A stretch of DNA of 64,000 bases from Candidatus Nitrospinota bacterium M3_3B_026 (GTDB lineage Bacteria > Nitrospinota_A > UBA7883 > JBPRGF01), in the NCBI GenBank assembly GCA_051418015.1, contig JBPRGF010000023.1:128001-192000 (forward strand), in the 5' to 3' direction. Below the pieces are notes generated by a model that did not search any database, was not told where the DNA came from, and saw only the letters and a program-made list of their open reading frames with translations. Each line of letters starts with the position of its first letter. Position 1 is the first letter of the stretch. Below are positions 46,613-56,568 of the stretch, one piece after another. The translations under genes were made by a program, and so were the position numbers.

Positions 46613-47802
46613 CGATCCCCCTTGCCGAGGCTCTTTTGAACCACTTCCACGTCCTTGTCGCCCCGCCCGGAGAGGCAGACCACCATCAGGTCGCTCTTTT
46701 TCATCTTCGGCGCCTGCCTCATGGCGTAGGCGATGGCGTGGGCGGACTCCAGCGCGGGCAGTATCCCCTCCAGCCTGGTGAGTTTTTCAAACGCCGCGAG
46801 CGCCTGCCTGTCGGTCACGGAGACATACTCGGCCCTGCCCGTCTCCTTGTACCAGGCGTGCTCCGGGCCGACGCCGGGATAGTCCAGCCCCGCGGAGATG
46901 GAGTGGGTCTCCATTATCTGCCCGTCCCTGTCCTGCAGCACGTAGCTTCTTGCCCCGTGCAGGACACCCTCACGCCCGCGGGCTAGCGACGCGCCGTGGC
47001 GGCCAGTGGAAAGCCCCTCACCCGCCGCCTCGACGCCGGCCATGGCCACCTCGCCATCGTCATGGAAGGGATGAAAAAGCCCCATGGCGTTCGACCCTCC
47101 CCCCACGCACGCCACCAGCATGTTCGGGAGCCTGCCCTCCTTGGCGAGTATCTGGAACTTCGTCTCGTGCCCTATGACGGACTGGAACTCCCGCACGATC
47201 TTCGGGAAAGGGTGGGGGCCGACGACGGAGCCGAGTATGTAGTGCGTGTCGTTGACCGATGCTATCCAGTCGCGGATCGCCTCGCTGGTGGCGTCCTTCA
47301 GCGTCTTCGTCCCCGTGTCCACCTTGATGACCCGCGCGCCCAGGAGCTCCATGCGGAAGACGTTCAGCCTCTGCCGCTCCATGTCCTTCGCGCCCATGTA
47401 GACGTCGCACTCCAGCCCCAGGAGAGCCGCCGCCGTGGCCGTGGCGACGCCGTGCTGGCCCGCGCCCGTCTCTGCTATGACTCTTTTCTTGCCCATGGCC
47501 TCAGCCAGCAGGGCCTGGCCCACGGTGTTGTTTATCTTGTGCGCGCCGGTGTGGTTCAGGTCCTCCCGTTTCAGGTATATCTTCGCGCCGCCGCAATGGC
47601 CGGTGAGCCTTCTGGCGAGGTAAAGCGGCGTGGGCCTGCCTATGTAGGTGGAGCGGAGGCGGTCCAGCCTCCTGCGAAACCTGGGCGAGCGCATGGCCCG
47701 CTCGAACTGCCTGTCCAGCTCCTCCAGGGCGGGCATGAGCGTCTCTATGACGTACCTGCCGCCAAAAGAGCCGAAATGACCGTGAGAGTCGGGTAAAGCC
47801 AT
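46609..47802 (-). CDS. trpB: tryptophan synthase beta chain
   Basis: [48 protein letters not shown]; start reset to MALPD. Confidence 0.98.
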   Translation of the reverse strand: MALPDSHGHFGSFGGRYVIETLMPALEELDRQFERAMRSPRFRRRLDRLRSTYIGRPTPLYLARRLTGHCGGAKIYLKREDLNHTGAHKINNTVGQALLAEAMGKKRVIAETGAGQHGVATATAAALLGLECDVYMGAKDMERQRLNVFRMELLGARVIKVDTGTKTLKDATSEAIRDWIASVNDTHYILGSVVGPHPFPKIVREFQSVIGHETKFQILAKEGRLPNMLVACVGGGSNAMGLFHPFHDDGEVAMAGVEAAGEGLSTGRHGASLARGREGVLHGARSYVLQDRDGQIMETHSISAGLDYPGVGPEHAWYKETGRAEYVSVTDRQALAAFEKLTRLEGILPALESAHAIAYAMRQAPKMKKSDLMVVCLSGRGDKDVEVVQKSLGKGDR

Positions 47803-48040
47803 CAATTCCTCGCCGCGGGAAAAAAGAAGTGAGTTTACACCTCTCCCGGAGTAATGTAAAGGATTATGGTTTTTTGCAAATCTCACGGTAATACAGGAAG
47901 TTGAAGTTTCACCTGCCGTGGCGGGCCGCCGTCCCCCACTTTTGCTTTTTTTTCGTTTCGCTTTCCGGCCTTTGGATATATAATAAGTCCCCGGATGCGG
48001 GCAAAGGCGGCAATTCAGCCATTTTTTTTCAGGAGGGCCG

Positions 48041-49093
48041 ATGGCCAGAGCGACAGACGAGAGGCAGAAGGCGTTGGGCAACGCTTTCGCCCAGATAGAA
48101 AAACAGTTCGGAAAGGGCGCCATCATGCGCCTAGGCGACGGTGGGGATCACGCCCAGCCCCTGAACGTCATCTCCACCGGCTCGCTTTCCATAGACCACG
48201 CCCTTGGGATAGGCGGGTTTCCCCGGGGGAGAGTGGTGGAGGTCTTCGGGCCGGAATCCTCCGGCAAGACGACCCTCACCCTGCACGTTATCGCCCAGGC
48301 GCAAAGAAACGGCGGCGCGGCGGCGTTCATAGACGCCGAGCACGCCTTCGACCCGGTCTACGCGGGCAACCTGGGGGTGGACATCGACAACCTCATCATC
48401 TCCCAGCCGGACAACGGCGAGCAGGCCCTCGAGATCGCCGAGACTCTTGTCCGCTCCGGCGCGGTGGACGTGATAGTCATAGATTCCGTCGCGGCCCTCG
48501 TGCCGAAGTCGGAGCTGGAGGGGGACATGGGCGACCCCCAGATGGGGATGCAGGCCCGCCTGATGAGCCAGGCCCTGCGCAAGCTCACGGCGGTGATATC
48601 GAAATCCAAGACCAGCCTGGTGTTCATCAACCAGATACGGCAGAAGATAGGTGTCACCTTCGGCAACCCGGAGACGACCACCGGCGGCAACGCCCTGAAG
48701 TTCTACTCCTCGGTCAGGGTGGACATCCGCCGGCTGGCCTCCTTGAAAGACGGCGGGGACGTTATAGGCCACAGGACAAAGGTGAAAGTGGTGAAAAACA
48801 AGCTCGCTCCGCCCTTCCGCAACGCCGAGGTGGACATGGTGTTCGGCGAAGGGATATCGAGAGAAGGCGACATCGTGGACCTTGGCGTGGTCCACGGGAT
48901 AATACAGAAATCCGGGGCCTGGTTCTCCTGCGGCGACGAGAGGATAGGACAGGGCAAGGAGAACGCCAAGAAGTTTTTGAGGGAATACCCGGAGATGGCC
49001 CTGGAGATAGAGAAAAAGCTGAGGGAGAAACTGGGCCTGCCCAGCCTGGAGGCCGTCTCCGAGAAGACCGAGGCGGCCGCCGAGGCCGAGTAG
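48041..49093 (+). CDS. recA: recombinase RecA
   Basis: [35 protein letters not shown]. Confidence 0.99.
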   Translation: MARATDERQKALGNAFAQIEKQFGKGAIMRLGDGGDHAQPLNVISTGSLSIDHALGIGGFPRGRVVEVFGPESSGKTTLTLHVIAQAQRNGGAAAFIDAEHAFDPVYAGNLGVDIDNLIISQPDNGEQALEIAETLVRSGAVDVIVIDSVAALVPKSELEGDMGDPQMGMQARLMSQALRKLTAVISKSKTSLVFINQIRQKIGVTFGNPETTTGGNALKFYSSVRVDIRRLASLKDGGDVIGHRTKVKVVKNKLAPPFRNAEVDMVFGEGISREGDIVDLGVVHGIIQKSGAWFSCGDERIGQGKENAKKFLREYPEMALEIEKKLREKLGLPSLEAVSEKTEAAAEAE

Positions 49094-49103
49094 TATTTTC
49101 AGC

Positions 49104-49610
49104 GTGGCCCGGAGGCGCGCCCCCAGGTCCTGCATGGACCATGCCCTGGCCCTGCTCGCAAGAAGGCCCCACTCCGTCCGCGAGATCGAGAAAAAGCTCG
49201 GGGAGAAGGGGCACGGCCGGGAGGAGATAGACGCGGCTGTCAAAAGGCTCCTTGGCCTCGGCTATCTCGACGACGAATCCGTCTGCCGGGACTATGCCTC
49301 CTCGCGCGTCCGCAGGGCCCGCGTCGGGCCGGCGCGGCTGAGGATGGACCTCGCCCGCAAGGGTTTCGAAAAAGGGCTGATCAAAAGGACGCTGGAGGAG
49401 GTCTACGGCGAAGAGGGGGCCGAGCTTGCCATAGCCCGCCGCGCGGCGGCGAGGAAGGCCCGGTCGCTGAAACAGGGTCTTGGCAGGGACGAGATGAAGA
49501 TAAAAATTTTCGATCACCTGGCGCGCAGGGGTTTCAGGATGGAGACGGCGCGCAGGCTCGCCCTTGATGAGTTTGACGAGATCCTGAGGCGGGCGGAGGA
49601 GAACGGATGA
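49104..49610 (+). CDS. recX: regulatory protein RecX
   Basis: LLARRPHS..EI, GYLDD, HLARRGF; follows recA. Confidence 0.9.
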   Translation: MARRRAPRSCMDHALALLARRPHSVREIEKKLGEKGHGREEIDAAVKRLLGLGYLDDESVCRDYASSRVRRARVGPARLRMDLARKGFEKGLIKRTLEEVYGEEGAELAIARRAAARKARSLKQGLGRDEMKIKIFDHLARRGFRMETARRLALDEFDEILRRAEENG

Positions 49611-50383
49611 GCGATCTTCCTTCGTGGTATCTCCATATCTCCGCCTTTATCCTCGGGGCCTGCGTGGGCAGCTTCCTGAACGTGGTGATATACCGCCTGC
49701 CCATGGGCAAGTCGCTCGTCCGCCCGGGGTCCGGCTGCCCGGAGTGCGGCTCGCCGGTCCGGGCGATGGACAACGTGCCCATACTAAGCTGGCTTGTCCT
49801 GATGGGGCTGTGCCGCGACTGCGGCGCGCCGATATCGGCGAGGTACATCCTCGTGGAGCTTCTGACCGGCGTCCTGACGCTGGCCGTTGTCGTCATCCAC
49901 GGCGCGGGCCCGGAGGCGCTTTTCTATCTAGTCCTGGCGTGGTGCCTGGTGGCCGTCACGTTCATCGACCTCGAGTTCCAGATCATCCCCGACGAGCTTA
50001 GCGTGGGCGGCGTGGCGGCGGGGTTGCTGGCTTCGTCCTTTCTTTCGATGGGGCTGAAAGGCGCCCTCCTCGGCGTTCTGGCAGGCGGTGGGATATTCTT
50101 CGCCCTGGCCATAGCCTACCCCGGCGGGATGGGCGGCGGCGATATAAAGCTCATGGCGGCGATCGGCGCGTTCCTGGGCTGGAAACTGGCCCTGCTCACC
50201 ATCGTGACAGGCTCGGTCCTCGGCGCCGCCGCGGGGCTTTCGGCGATGGCCTTTTTCGGCAAGGGGAGAAAAAGCAGGATACCCTTCGGCCCGTTCCTGG
50301 CTGCGGGAGGGATCGTCTCCATCCTGTGGGGGGAGCGGATCATCGGGGCCTACCTCGCCGCCTTTGGCCCCGGCACGGGCTGA
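49607..50383 (+). CDS. pilD: prepilin peptidase
   Basis: GSFLNVVIYRLP, CPEC/CRDC, FID...IIPD, GMGGGDIKL, IPFGPFL. Confidence 0.95.
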   Translation: MSDLPSWYLHISAFILGACVGSFLNVVIYRLPMGKSLVRPGSGCPECGSPVRAMDNVPILSWLVLMGLCRDCGAPISARYILVELLTGVLTLAVVVIHGAGPEALFYLVLAWCLVAVTFIDLEFQIIPDELSVGGVAAGLLASSFLSMGLKGALLGVLAGGGIFFALAIAYPGGMGGGDIKLMAAIGAFLGWKLALLTIVTGSVLGAAAGLSAMAFFGKGRKSRIPFGPFLAAGGIVSILWGERIIGAYLAAFGPGTG

Positions 50384-50414
50384 CGGACGCCCGGCCCCGT
50401 TCGACCGCCCCTGT

Positions 50415-50445
50415 TGTCATTCTGAGGCGCAAGCCGAAGAATCCC
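50415..50445. repeat. family A half element
   Basis: TGTCATTCTGAG-GCGCAAG-CCGAAGAATC between convergent genes. Confidence 0.7.
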
Positions 50446-50469
50446 GCCGTGCCTGACGTGGACGCGGCT

Positions 50470-52008
50470 CTACCTCACCCCGGCGCCGAAATGGCGCTCG
50501 ATGGCTCCCGCCAGTGCGGCCGTGGTGAAATCTTTCGGCTCGATCACGGGGTTCAATCCAAGCTTGCGGGCGGTCTCCGAGGTGATCGGCCCGATAGAGG
50601 CCACCGTCACGCCTTCCATCAGCCGCGCCGCCTCATCCTTGCCCCACATCTGGACGAAGTTCTGGACGGTGGAGGAGGAGGTGAACGTCACAACGTCTAT
50701 CAGGCCCTCCTCGAACATTTTGCGGACCTCTTCCTTGCGCTCTTCGGGTTTGATGGTGACGTAGGCCTCGGCGATGGTCACCTCCGCGCCAAGCTCGCCG
50801 AGTTTTTCCGGCAGGACCTCCCGGGCCACTTTCGCGCGGGGGATGAGTATCTTTTTACCCTTGAGGTCCTCGGCGCCCAGCCCTTCTATGATCGCCTCGG
50901 CGCGATATTCCGCCGGCAAAAGATCGACCCGCACGCCGAGGCTCTCCACCGCCTCCGCGGTCTTCGGCCCGATGCCGCAGACTTTCAGTCCCTTAAGGTC
51001 TCGTATGTCCATGCCGCGCTCTTTCAGCCGCTCGACGAAGAACTTTACGCCGTTGACGGAGGTGAAGATTATCCAGTCATAATCCGCGAGTCTGTCAAGG
51101 GCGGCGTCGAGGCTGTCCCAGGACTCCGGCTTCACGGTCTCTATGGTGGGGAACTCTATGACGTCCGCGCCGCGCTCAGCCAGCATGGCGGCGAAATCCG
51201 AGGCCTGCTCGCGCGCCCTGGTCACCACTATTTTCCTGCCGAACAATGGTTTTCGCTCGAACCAGTCGAGCTCCTCCTTGAGCTCCACCACGCCGCCGAC
51301 GACGGTTATGGCGGGGGGTTTTATGTTCGCCTCCCTGACCTTGTCCACTATATCCGCCAGCGTCCCGGTGACGGTCTTCTGCTCCGGCGTCGTCCCCCAG
51401 CGGATGACCGCGGCGGGAGTCTCGGCCGGGCGGCCGTGTTTGATGAGGTTCTCCACGATGTTCGGCAGGTTCTTGATCCCCATGTAAAAGACGAGGGTGC
51501 CCATGCCCGTGGCGATCCTGTCCCAGTGTATGTTCGACTCTTTTTTCGTGGGGTCCTCGTGCCCTGTTACGAAGGCGACGGTGGCCGTGTGATCGCGATG
51601 CGTGAGGGGTATCCCCGCGTAGGCCGCGCCCGCCGCGCCCGCCGTGACGCCGGGGACGACCTCGTAGCGCAGCCCGGCCCTGACAAGCTCCTGGGCCTCC
51701 TCTCCGCCGCGTCCGAAGATGAAAGGATCTCCCCCCTTGAGCCGGGCCACGACCTTGCCCGCCCCGCAGCGGTCCACTATGATCTGGTTTATCTCGTCCT
51801 GGGTCTTAGTGTGGCTGCCGCCCTGTTTGCCGACGTATAAAATCTCCGCGTCCGGCCGGGCGCTCTCCAGCAGCTTCGGGCTGGCCAGGTAGTCATACAC
51901 GATGACATCGGCGCGCTCGATGATCTCTTTTCCCTTCACCGTTATGAGGCCCGGGTCCCCCGGCCCCGCTCCGATGAGATAGACGATTCCTTTGGACGTT
52001 TGGGGCAT
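50470..52008 (-). CDS. cobA: uroporphyrinogen-III C-methyltransferase / uroporphyrinogen-III synthase fusion (CobA-HemD)
   Basis: GAGPGDPGL, RLKGGDPFIFGRGGEE; then VVTRAREQ, FTSVNGV, FTSSSTV. Confidence 0.95.
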   Translation of the reverse strand: MPQTSKGIVYLIGAGPGDPGLITVKGKEIIERADVIVYDYLASPKLLESARPDAEILYVGKQGGSHTKTQDEINQIIVDRCGAGKVVARLKGGDPFIFGRGGEEAQELVRAGLRYEVVPGVTAGAAGAAYAGIPLTHRDHTATVAFVTGHEDPTKKESNIHWDRIATGMGTLVFYMGIKNLPNIVENLIKHGRPAETPAAVIRWGTTPEQKTVTGTLADIVDKVREANIKPPAITVVGGVVELKEELDWFERKPLFGRKIVVTRAREQASDFAAMLAERGADVIEFPTIETVKPESWDSLDAALDRLADYDWIIFTSVNGVKFFVERLKERGMDIRDLKGLKVCGIGPKTAEAVESLGVRVDLLPAEYRAEAIIEGLGAEDLKGKKILIPRAKVAREVLPEKLGELGAEVTIAEAYVTIKPEERKEEVRKMFEEGLIDVVTFTSSSTVQNFVQMWGKDEAARLMEGVTVASIGPITSETARKLGLNPVIEPKDFTTAALAGAIERHFGAGVR

Positions 52009-52072
52009 AAAATGTCTTTCCGAATGAAAATTTTAATTATAACGCACAGGGCCCGCCCGGAGCCTGCCCGCT

Positions 52073-52113
52073 CAAAACAAAAAAACCGGCGCCCGCTCTA
52101 AAAGGCGCCGGTT
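52073..52113 (-). terminator. intrinsic terminator of rnpB
   Basis: AACCGGCGCC/GGCGCCGGTT stem followed by a T-run on the minus strand. Confidence 0.8.
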
Positions 52114-52127
52114 CCCGTCAGTCAATT

Positions 52128-52533
52128 TGAAGAGGCCGGCTGTAAGCCGGATCCTGTTCTCATCCCGCAGGATGAGCGACAGCCATTCATCTAGCCGCGC
52201 CGTTGCCGGCGCGGTCGAGCGGCCAACCCGGAAGCTTTCGGGCGAGCAACCCTATACCCCTCGCGGGGGAACGCTTCCCTATTCGGCCTTGCGCCGGGTA
52301 GGGCTTGCCCTGCCGGCGATGTCACCACCGCCGCGGTGAGCTCTTACCTCACCTTTTCACCCTTACTGCCGGAGGCCCGAAGGCCGCCGGTTAGCGGTAT
52401 GTTTTCTGTGGCGCTTTCCCTGGGGTCGCCCCCGCTCCCCGTTAGGGAGTACCCTGCTCTGCGGCGTCCGGACTTTCCTCCCGCCGGCGATCCTGTGAAG
52501 GCGCCGGCCGGCGGCCGTCCACCGGCCTCTTCA
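52128..52533 (-). ncRNA. rnpB: RNase P RNA, bacterial type A
   Basis: GAGGAAAGTCCGGAC, AGCGCCACAGAAA, GAACAGGATCCGGCTTACA; P1 helix TGAAGAGGCCGG/CCGGCCTCTTCA. Confidence 0.97.
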
Positions 52534-52544
52534 TAACTATTTTA

Positions 52545-53273
52545 CTACGTAACGCCCTTGCCAGTCTTCTCGCGCTCGAAATAGATGAACCTGCTGCAAT
52601 GGGGGCAGCGGTGTATGTCGTCCGACGTGCGGACGAGGTAGTAAAGCTGCGGCGGGATGAGCTGGTGGCATCCCTGGCACAGGTTGTCTCTGACCTGGAC
52701 GACTCCCAGTCCCTCGCGGCTTTTCGAGACTCTCTCGTAGTTTTTGAGAACCGACGGGGTTATATTCGAAAGGATCGACTTCCGCTCGGCCAGCAGGGCG
52801 TCCAGCTCGGCGCGCTCCCGCGCCATGACCGCCTCCTTCTCCGCCTTGACGGAGTTGAACTTCTTCTCCTCCTCCGCAACCTCCCCTTCCAGCGCCGCCC
52901 TGGCCGGGGCGCGGCTGTCGGTCTTTTCCATCAGCTCCAGCTGCTCATCCTCCATCCGCTTGATCCTGTTCTCGTACCCCTCCTGCTCCTTGAGGATGGC
53001 GCGGTACTCCACGTTGGTCTTCACCTGCGGAAGCTTGGCCTTGTCCTTGGCGATCTTCTCTTTAAGGTCGTCCACCTCTCTTTCGAGCTCTTTTCTCTTT
53101 TTCCCGTCCGCGTCCGTCTCCGCGTCGAACTCCGCGAGCCTGGCCCTTGCCTCCTCCAGCGCCGCGGAGGCCTGCTTGAGCTCTTCCGGGATGGATTTCA
53201 GGAGAGCCTCTTTTCCGGCGATCTTTGTGTCCAGTTTCTGGAGGGCTACGAGGCGTTCGAGATCGGCGTTCAT
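52545..53273 (-). CDS. coiled-coil + C4 zinc-ribbon protein (HP0958/CT398-like)
   Basis: LQKLD, long coiled coil, CQGC...CPHCSRFIY. Confidence 0.9.
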   Translation of the reverse strand: MNADLERLVALQKLDTKIAGKEALLKSIPEELKQASAALEEARARLAEFDAETDADGKKRKELEREVDDLKEKIAKDKAKLPQVKTNVEYRAILKEQEGYENRIKRMEDEQLELMEKTDSRAPARAALEGEVAEEEKKFNSVKAEKEAVMARERAELDALLAERKSILSNITPSVLKNYERVSKSREGLGVVQVRDNLCQGCHQLIPPQLYYLVRTSDDIHRCPHCSRFIYFEREKTGKGVT

Positions 53274-53447
53274 ATATCCCGTTGGCGGTCCGTAATAAGC
53301 TTGCTCAGGAGAAAACCCAAAATATACCGGATAAACGGAAAATTGTCAAAACATGGGATACCGTCCGCGCGTTTCAGCGCCGTCCCCGCATGGCGGACGA
53401 AGGGCTTCGCCCGAAGCCTCGGCCCCTCTTTGGCCGGGATGGGCGCG

Positions 53448-54575
53448 TCAGGCCGTGGCGCCGATCCCCGTCCCGGCCCTGTTCTTGTAGTCGCCCAGCA
53501 GGTATTTCTGGTCGCGGGTGATGAGGGTTATGGCCACGCCGCTTTTGCCGACGCGGCCGGTGCGGCCTATGCGGTGGACGTAGGTGGTGGGGTCCTCCGG
53601 CAGGCGGTAGTTTATGACCGTGGCGATGTTGTCCACGTGTATGCCGCGGGCGGCGACATCCGTGGCCACGAGGACTTTTGTCTCGCCCTCCTTGAACTTT
53701 TTCATCACCTTGTCGCGCCGGGCCTGCCGGAAGTCGCCGTGGATCGCCTCAACGGAGAAACCATAGCCCGCCAGGCGCTCGGCGACGCTGTCCACCTCCC
53801 GCTTGGTGCGGCAGAAGATGAGGGTCTGCCCCTGTCCTTCGCGCTCCAGGGCGTCTATGAGAGCCTCGATCCTTTCGGAAGGATGGACCATGTGGAATAT
53901 CTCCTCTATCCTGCCCCTTTCGGCCACGGTGTCCTTTATCCTTATTATCTTCGGGCTGACCATGTGGTTGAAGGCTATGGCCAGGACCCTGTCCTCCATC
54001 GTCGCCGAGAGAAGGAAGGTCTGCCGCTCCTCGGGCAGAAAGCGCATGATCGCCTCCACGTCCTCGATAAAGCCCATGTTGAGCATTTCGTCCGCCTCGT
54101 CCAGGACAGCGAACTCCACGTGATCCAGCGACAATATTCCCCGGTCATGCAGGTCCAGGACGCGGCCCGGCGTCCCCACCACTATGTGCGCGCCCTTGCG
54201 GAGCCTGCGCGCCTGGTCCTCGACGGGCCGCCCCCCGACCACGGCGACGATGCGGCTTTTTCTGAGCTCGCCCAGCCTGCGGGCCTCGTCCCGGATCTGC
54301 GTGGCCAGCTCGCGGGTGGGGGCCAGAACAAGCGCCCTGGGATACCGCGGCCGACGGTCTTTTATGTTGGCGAGTATGGGCAGGGCGAAGGCGGCGGTCT
54401 TGCCCGTGCCGGTCCTGGCCTGGCCGATCACGTCGCGCCCCTCCAGGGCGGGCGGGATGAACATCGCCTGGATCGGGGTGGGGGTTGCGTAACCCATTTT
54501 GGCCAGGGCGCCGTCCAGCTCCCAGCCCAGTCTGAAGTCGGCGAAGCTTGCGCGACGCTTTGTTGTTTCTGTCAC
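53448..54575 (-). CDS. DEAD-box RNA helicase
   Basis: PTPIQ, TGTGKT, PTREL, TPGR, DEAD, SAT, ARGIH, HRIGRTGR. Confidence 0.96.
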   Translation of the reverse strand: MTETTKRRASFADFRLGWELDGALAKMGYATPTPIQAMFIPPALEGRDVIGQARTGTGKTAAFALPILANIKDRRPRYPRALVLAPTRELATQIRDEARRLGELRKSRIVAVVGGRPVEDQARRLRKGAHIVVGTPGRVLDLHDRGILSLDHVEFAVLDEADEMLNMGFIEDVEAIMRFLPEERQTFLLSATMEDRVLAIAFNHMVSPKIIRIKDTVAERGRIEEIFHMVHPSERIEALIDALEREGQGQTLIFCRTKREVDSVAERLAGYGFSVEAIHGDFRQARRDKVMKKFKEGETKVLVATDVAARGIHVDNIATVINYRLPEDPTTYVHRIGRTGRVGKSGVAITLITRDQKYLLGDYKNRAGTGIGATA

Positions 54576-54694
54576 TTGATAAGTCCGTTGAGTTTGAGAT
54601 TCATGTAATATGGCGGATGAATAACACCGCCTCGCCGGAGCGCCCGCTTGCGGGGCGCGATCCGGATTCTGTCAATGGCGGGGCGTTTCGGCCT

Positions 54695-54883
54695 CTAGGC
54701 CATGTTGCGCTGGCTTTTGCGGCGTTTTTTCAGAGCCTCTTTCTGTTTTCTTTTCCTCTTGGCGGAAGGCTTTTCGTAAGCCCGCCTTTTCTTGAGCTCT
54801 TTCCATAGGCCGTCTTTCAGAAGCTGCCTCTTAAGCACCTTCAAGGCGTGATCCACGCGCTGATTGATGACTCTAACCTGCAA
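54695..54883 (-). CDS. rpsU: 30S ribosomal protein bS21
   Basis: TTG start after GGGGAG; ALKVLKRQ, YEKPSAKRKRK. Confidence 0.92.
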   Translation of the reverse strand: MQVRVINQRVDHALKVLKRQLLKDGLWKELKKRRAYEKPSAKRKRKQKEALKKRRKSQRNMA

Positions 54884-55140
54884 AAATAATCTCCCCTTTC
54901 GTCTTTCTCTTCCGGCGCCGGCCGGAGCCCGCGCCATGGTCCACGATAAAAATCCTCGCCCTCAAAATAAAAAATCGCCGCGCCCCGGCGGCGTTTATCG
55001 CTTGTTTTACTTTTTCCGCGAGGTGACGGACGGAATATGTAAAACATGTCCCGTCACACAGTTATACATTCTTATATCATCTATGGCGATAAAATCAAGT
55101 TTTTTCAGCGGGGGTTCCGGGCAAGGATGCGTGAGAATCC

Positions 55141-56505
55141 TCAGTCGCCGTATTGTATGGATCGCAGCCTTGATCTGACATCCGCGGGCAGGCGCGCCTC
55201 GTTTTTCAGCAGGGCGGGGGTGAGCTTTCCCTTCAGGAAAACGTCCAGTCTGCTCTCGGGGAACCCGAGGGCGCTCATGTAATCCTCGAAATAGGCCGAC
55301 TCCGGCTCCTGCTCATCCTCCAGCAGCGCCCCATGGCAGAGGCCGGACACGTGCAGCGCGGCAAGCCCCGGCAGCGCGTCCTTCGGGATTTTCGCCGCCG
55401 GGAGGTAAAAGGGAAGGTTCTGAAGCTCCACCACACTGCCGACCCTCTCCGGCAGCTTCCAGCTTTTCAGCAGGGCTCCGGCGAGCCTGGCGTGGTCAAG
55501 GGTGTCGATCAGCTCGGCTATCTTGGGGTTTTTCCGTTTGAGCAGCAGGATTACGCTTCTCCCCACGTCGCTTAGCATCGCGATGGTGCTGTTCGTCCCG
55601 GCGGTCTCCCGGCTCGAAAGCAGGGAGACCTCGTGGGAGATGACGGAGAGCATGTAGGAGCGCTTCCTCAAGGCGGCGAAGTCCTCCCCCCTGGGCATCA
55701 GGTCGTGTATGCCGTGGTAAAGAACGAGCTGGTAAACCTGCGTGAAGCCGAGGAGCACTATCGCCCGGGAAAAGTCCGACACCTCCTGGGAGAGGCCGAA
55801 GTAGGGCGAGTTCACGGTCTTGAGGATCATGGTGACAAGCGACGGGTCGAGCTTGACGGACTCGGCCACATCCTTCGGCGACGCGCGCTCGTCCAAAAGC
55901 TTCACGGCCAGCTCCCTTGCGCTCAAGGGGAGCTTGGGGATATTTTTGATGACTTCCGATACGAGCTCGGAGCGGATCACGTTCCCCCCGGTCTCCTCTT
56001 TCTCCCGGATGTAGGCCGAGAGCATGTTCTCCGCCCGCTCGACCCTGTGGAGGACGCCGAGCAGGCTTTCCATTCGCTCCTCGGCCAGCTCGGCAAGGCG
56101 CCTGAGCACGCGCAGCTGCACTCGTTCCGGGAAGTTGTCGAAAGCCTCGGGGGTGAACTCGAGGAGCGCCGACCGCCTGTTCGCGACGACGGTGGCCGTC
56201 CTCGGATTTTTGCTTATGAAGGCGATCTCCCCCACGACATCGCCCTTGGACAGGGCGCCAAGCTTCCTGCGCGCGCCGTTGAAATCCTTGTGAACGTCCG
56301 CGCCGCCCTCGACGATGAGGTAGAAAGACCGTCTGGGATCCCCTTGTCTTATGATGAGGTCGCCGGAGGAATATTTACGCTCCGAGGCGGCCGAGTATAC
56401 AAGCTCCAGGTCCCTGTCGCTCAGGCGTTCGAAGATAGGGGGGCGGAAAAGCTTTTCGGGGGTTTCATCCCCGGAGGCGTTTCTGGTTCTTGAGAAAATG
56501 GCCAT
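55141..56505 (-). CDS. cyclic-nucleotide-binding + HDOD domain protein
   Basis: IIRQGD...GEIAF...RTATV; IPKLP, DPSLV..ILKTVNSPYFG, AIVLLG, WKLP. Confidence 0.88.
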   Translation of the reverse strand: MAIFSRTRNASGDETPEKLFRPPIFERLSDRDLELVYSAASERKYSSGDLIIRQGDPRRSFYLIVEGGADVHKDFNGARRKLGALSKGDVVGEIAFISKNPRTATVVANRRSALLEFTPEAFDNFPERVQLRVLRRLAELAEERMESLLGVLHRVERAENMLSAYIREKEETGGNVIRSELVSEVIKNIPKLPLSARELAVKLLDERASPKDVAESVKLDPSLVTMILKTVNSPYFGLSQEVSDFSRAIVLLGFTQVYQLVLYHGIHDLMPRGEDFAALRKRSYMLSVISHEVSLLSSRETAGTNSTIAMLSDVGRSVILLLKRKNPKIAELIDTLDHARLAGALLKSWKLPERVGSVVELQNLPFYLPAAKIPKDALPGLAALHVSGLCHGALLEDEQEPESAYFEDYMSALGFPESRLDVFLKGKLTPALLKNEARLPADVRSRLRSIQYGD

Positions 56506-56568
56506 GTATCTTGCGGGCCCCGCGCTTTTTCGTGAATCTTATCACAGAATCATAAAAAACTTCCCTTT

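Noticed and set aside
47803..48040. trp attenuator or LexA box between trpB and recA
   Set aside because: No Trp-rich leader peptide and no SOS-box consensus that I recognise.
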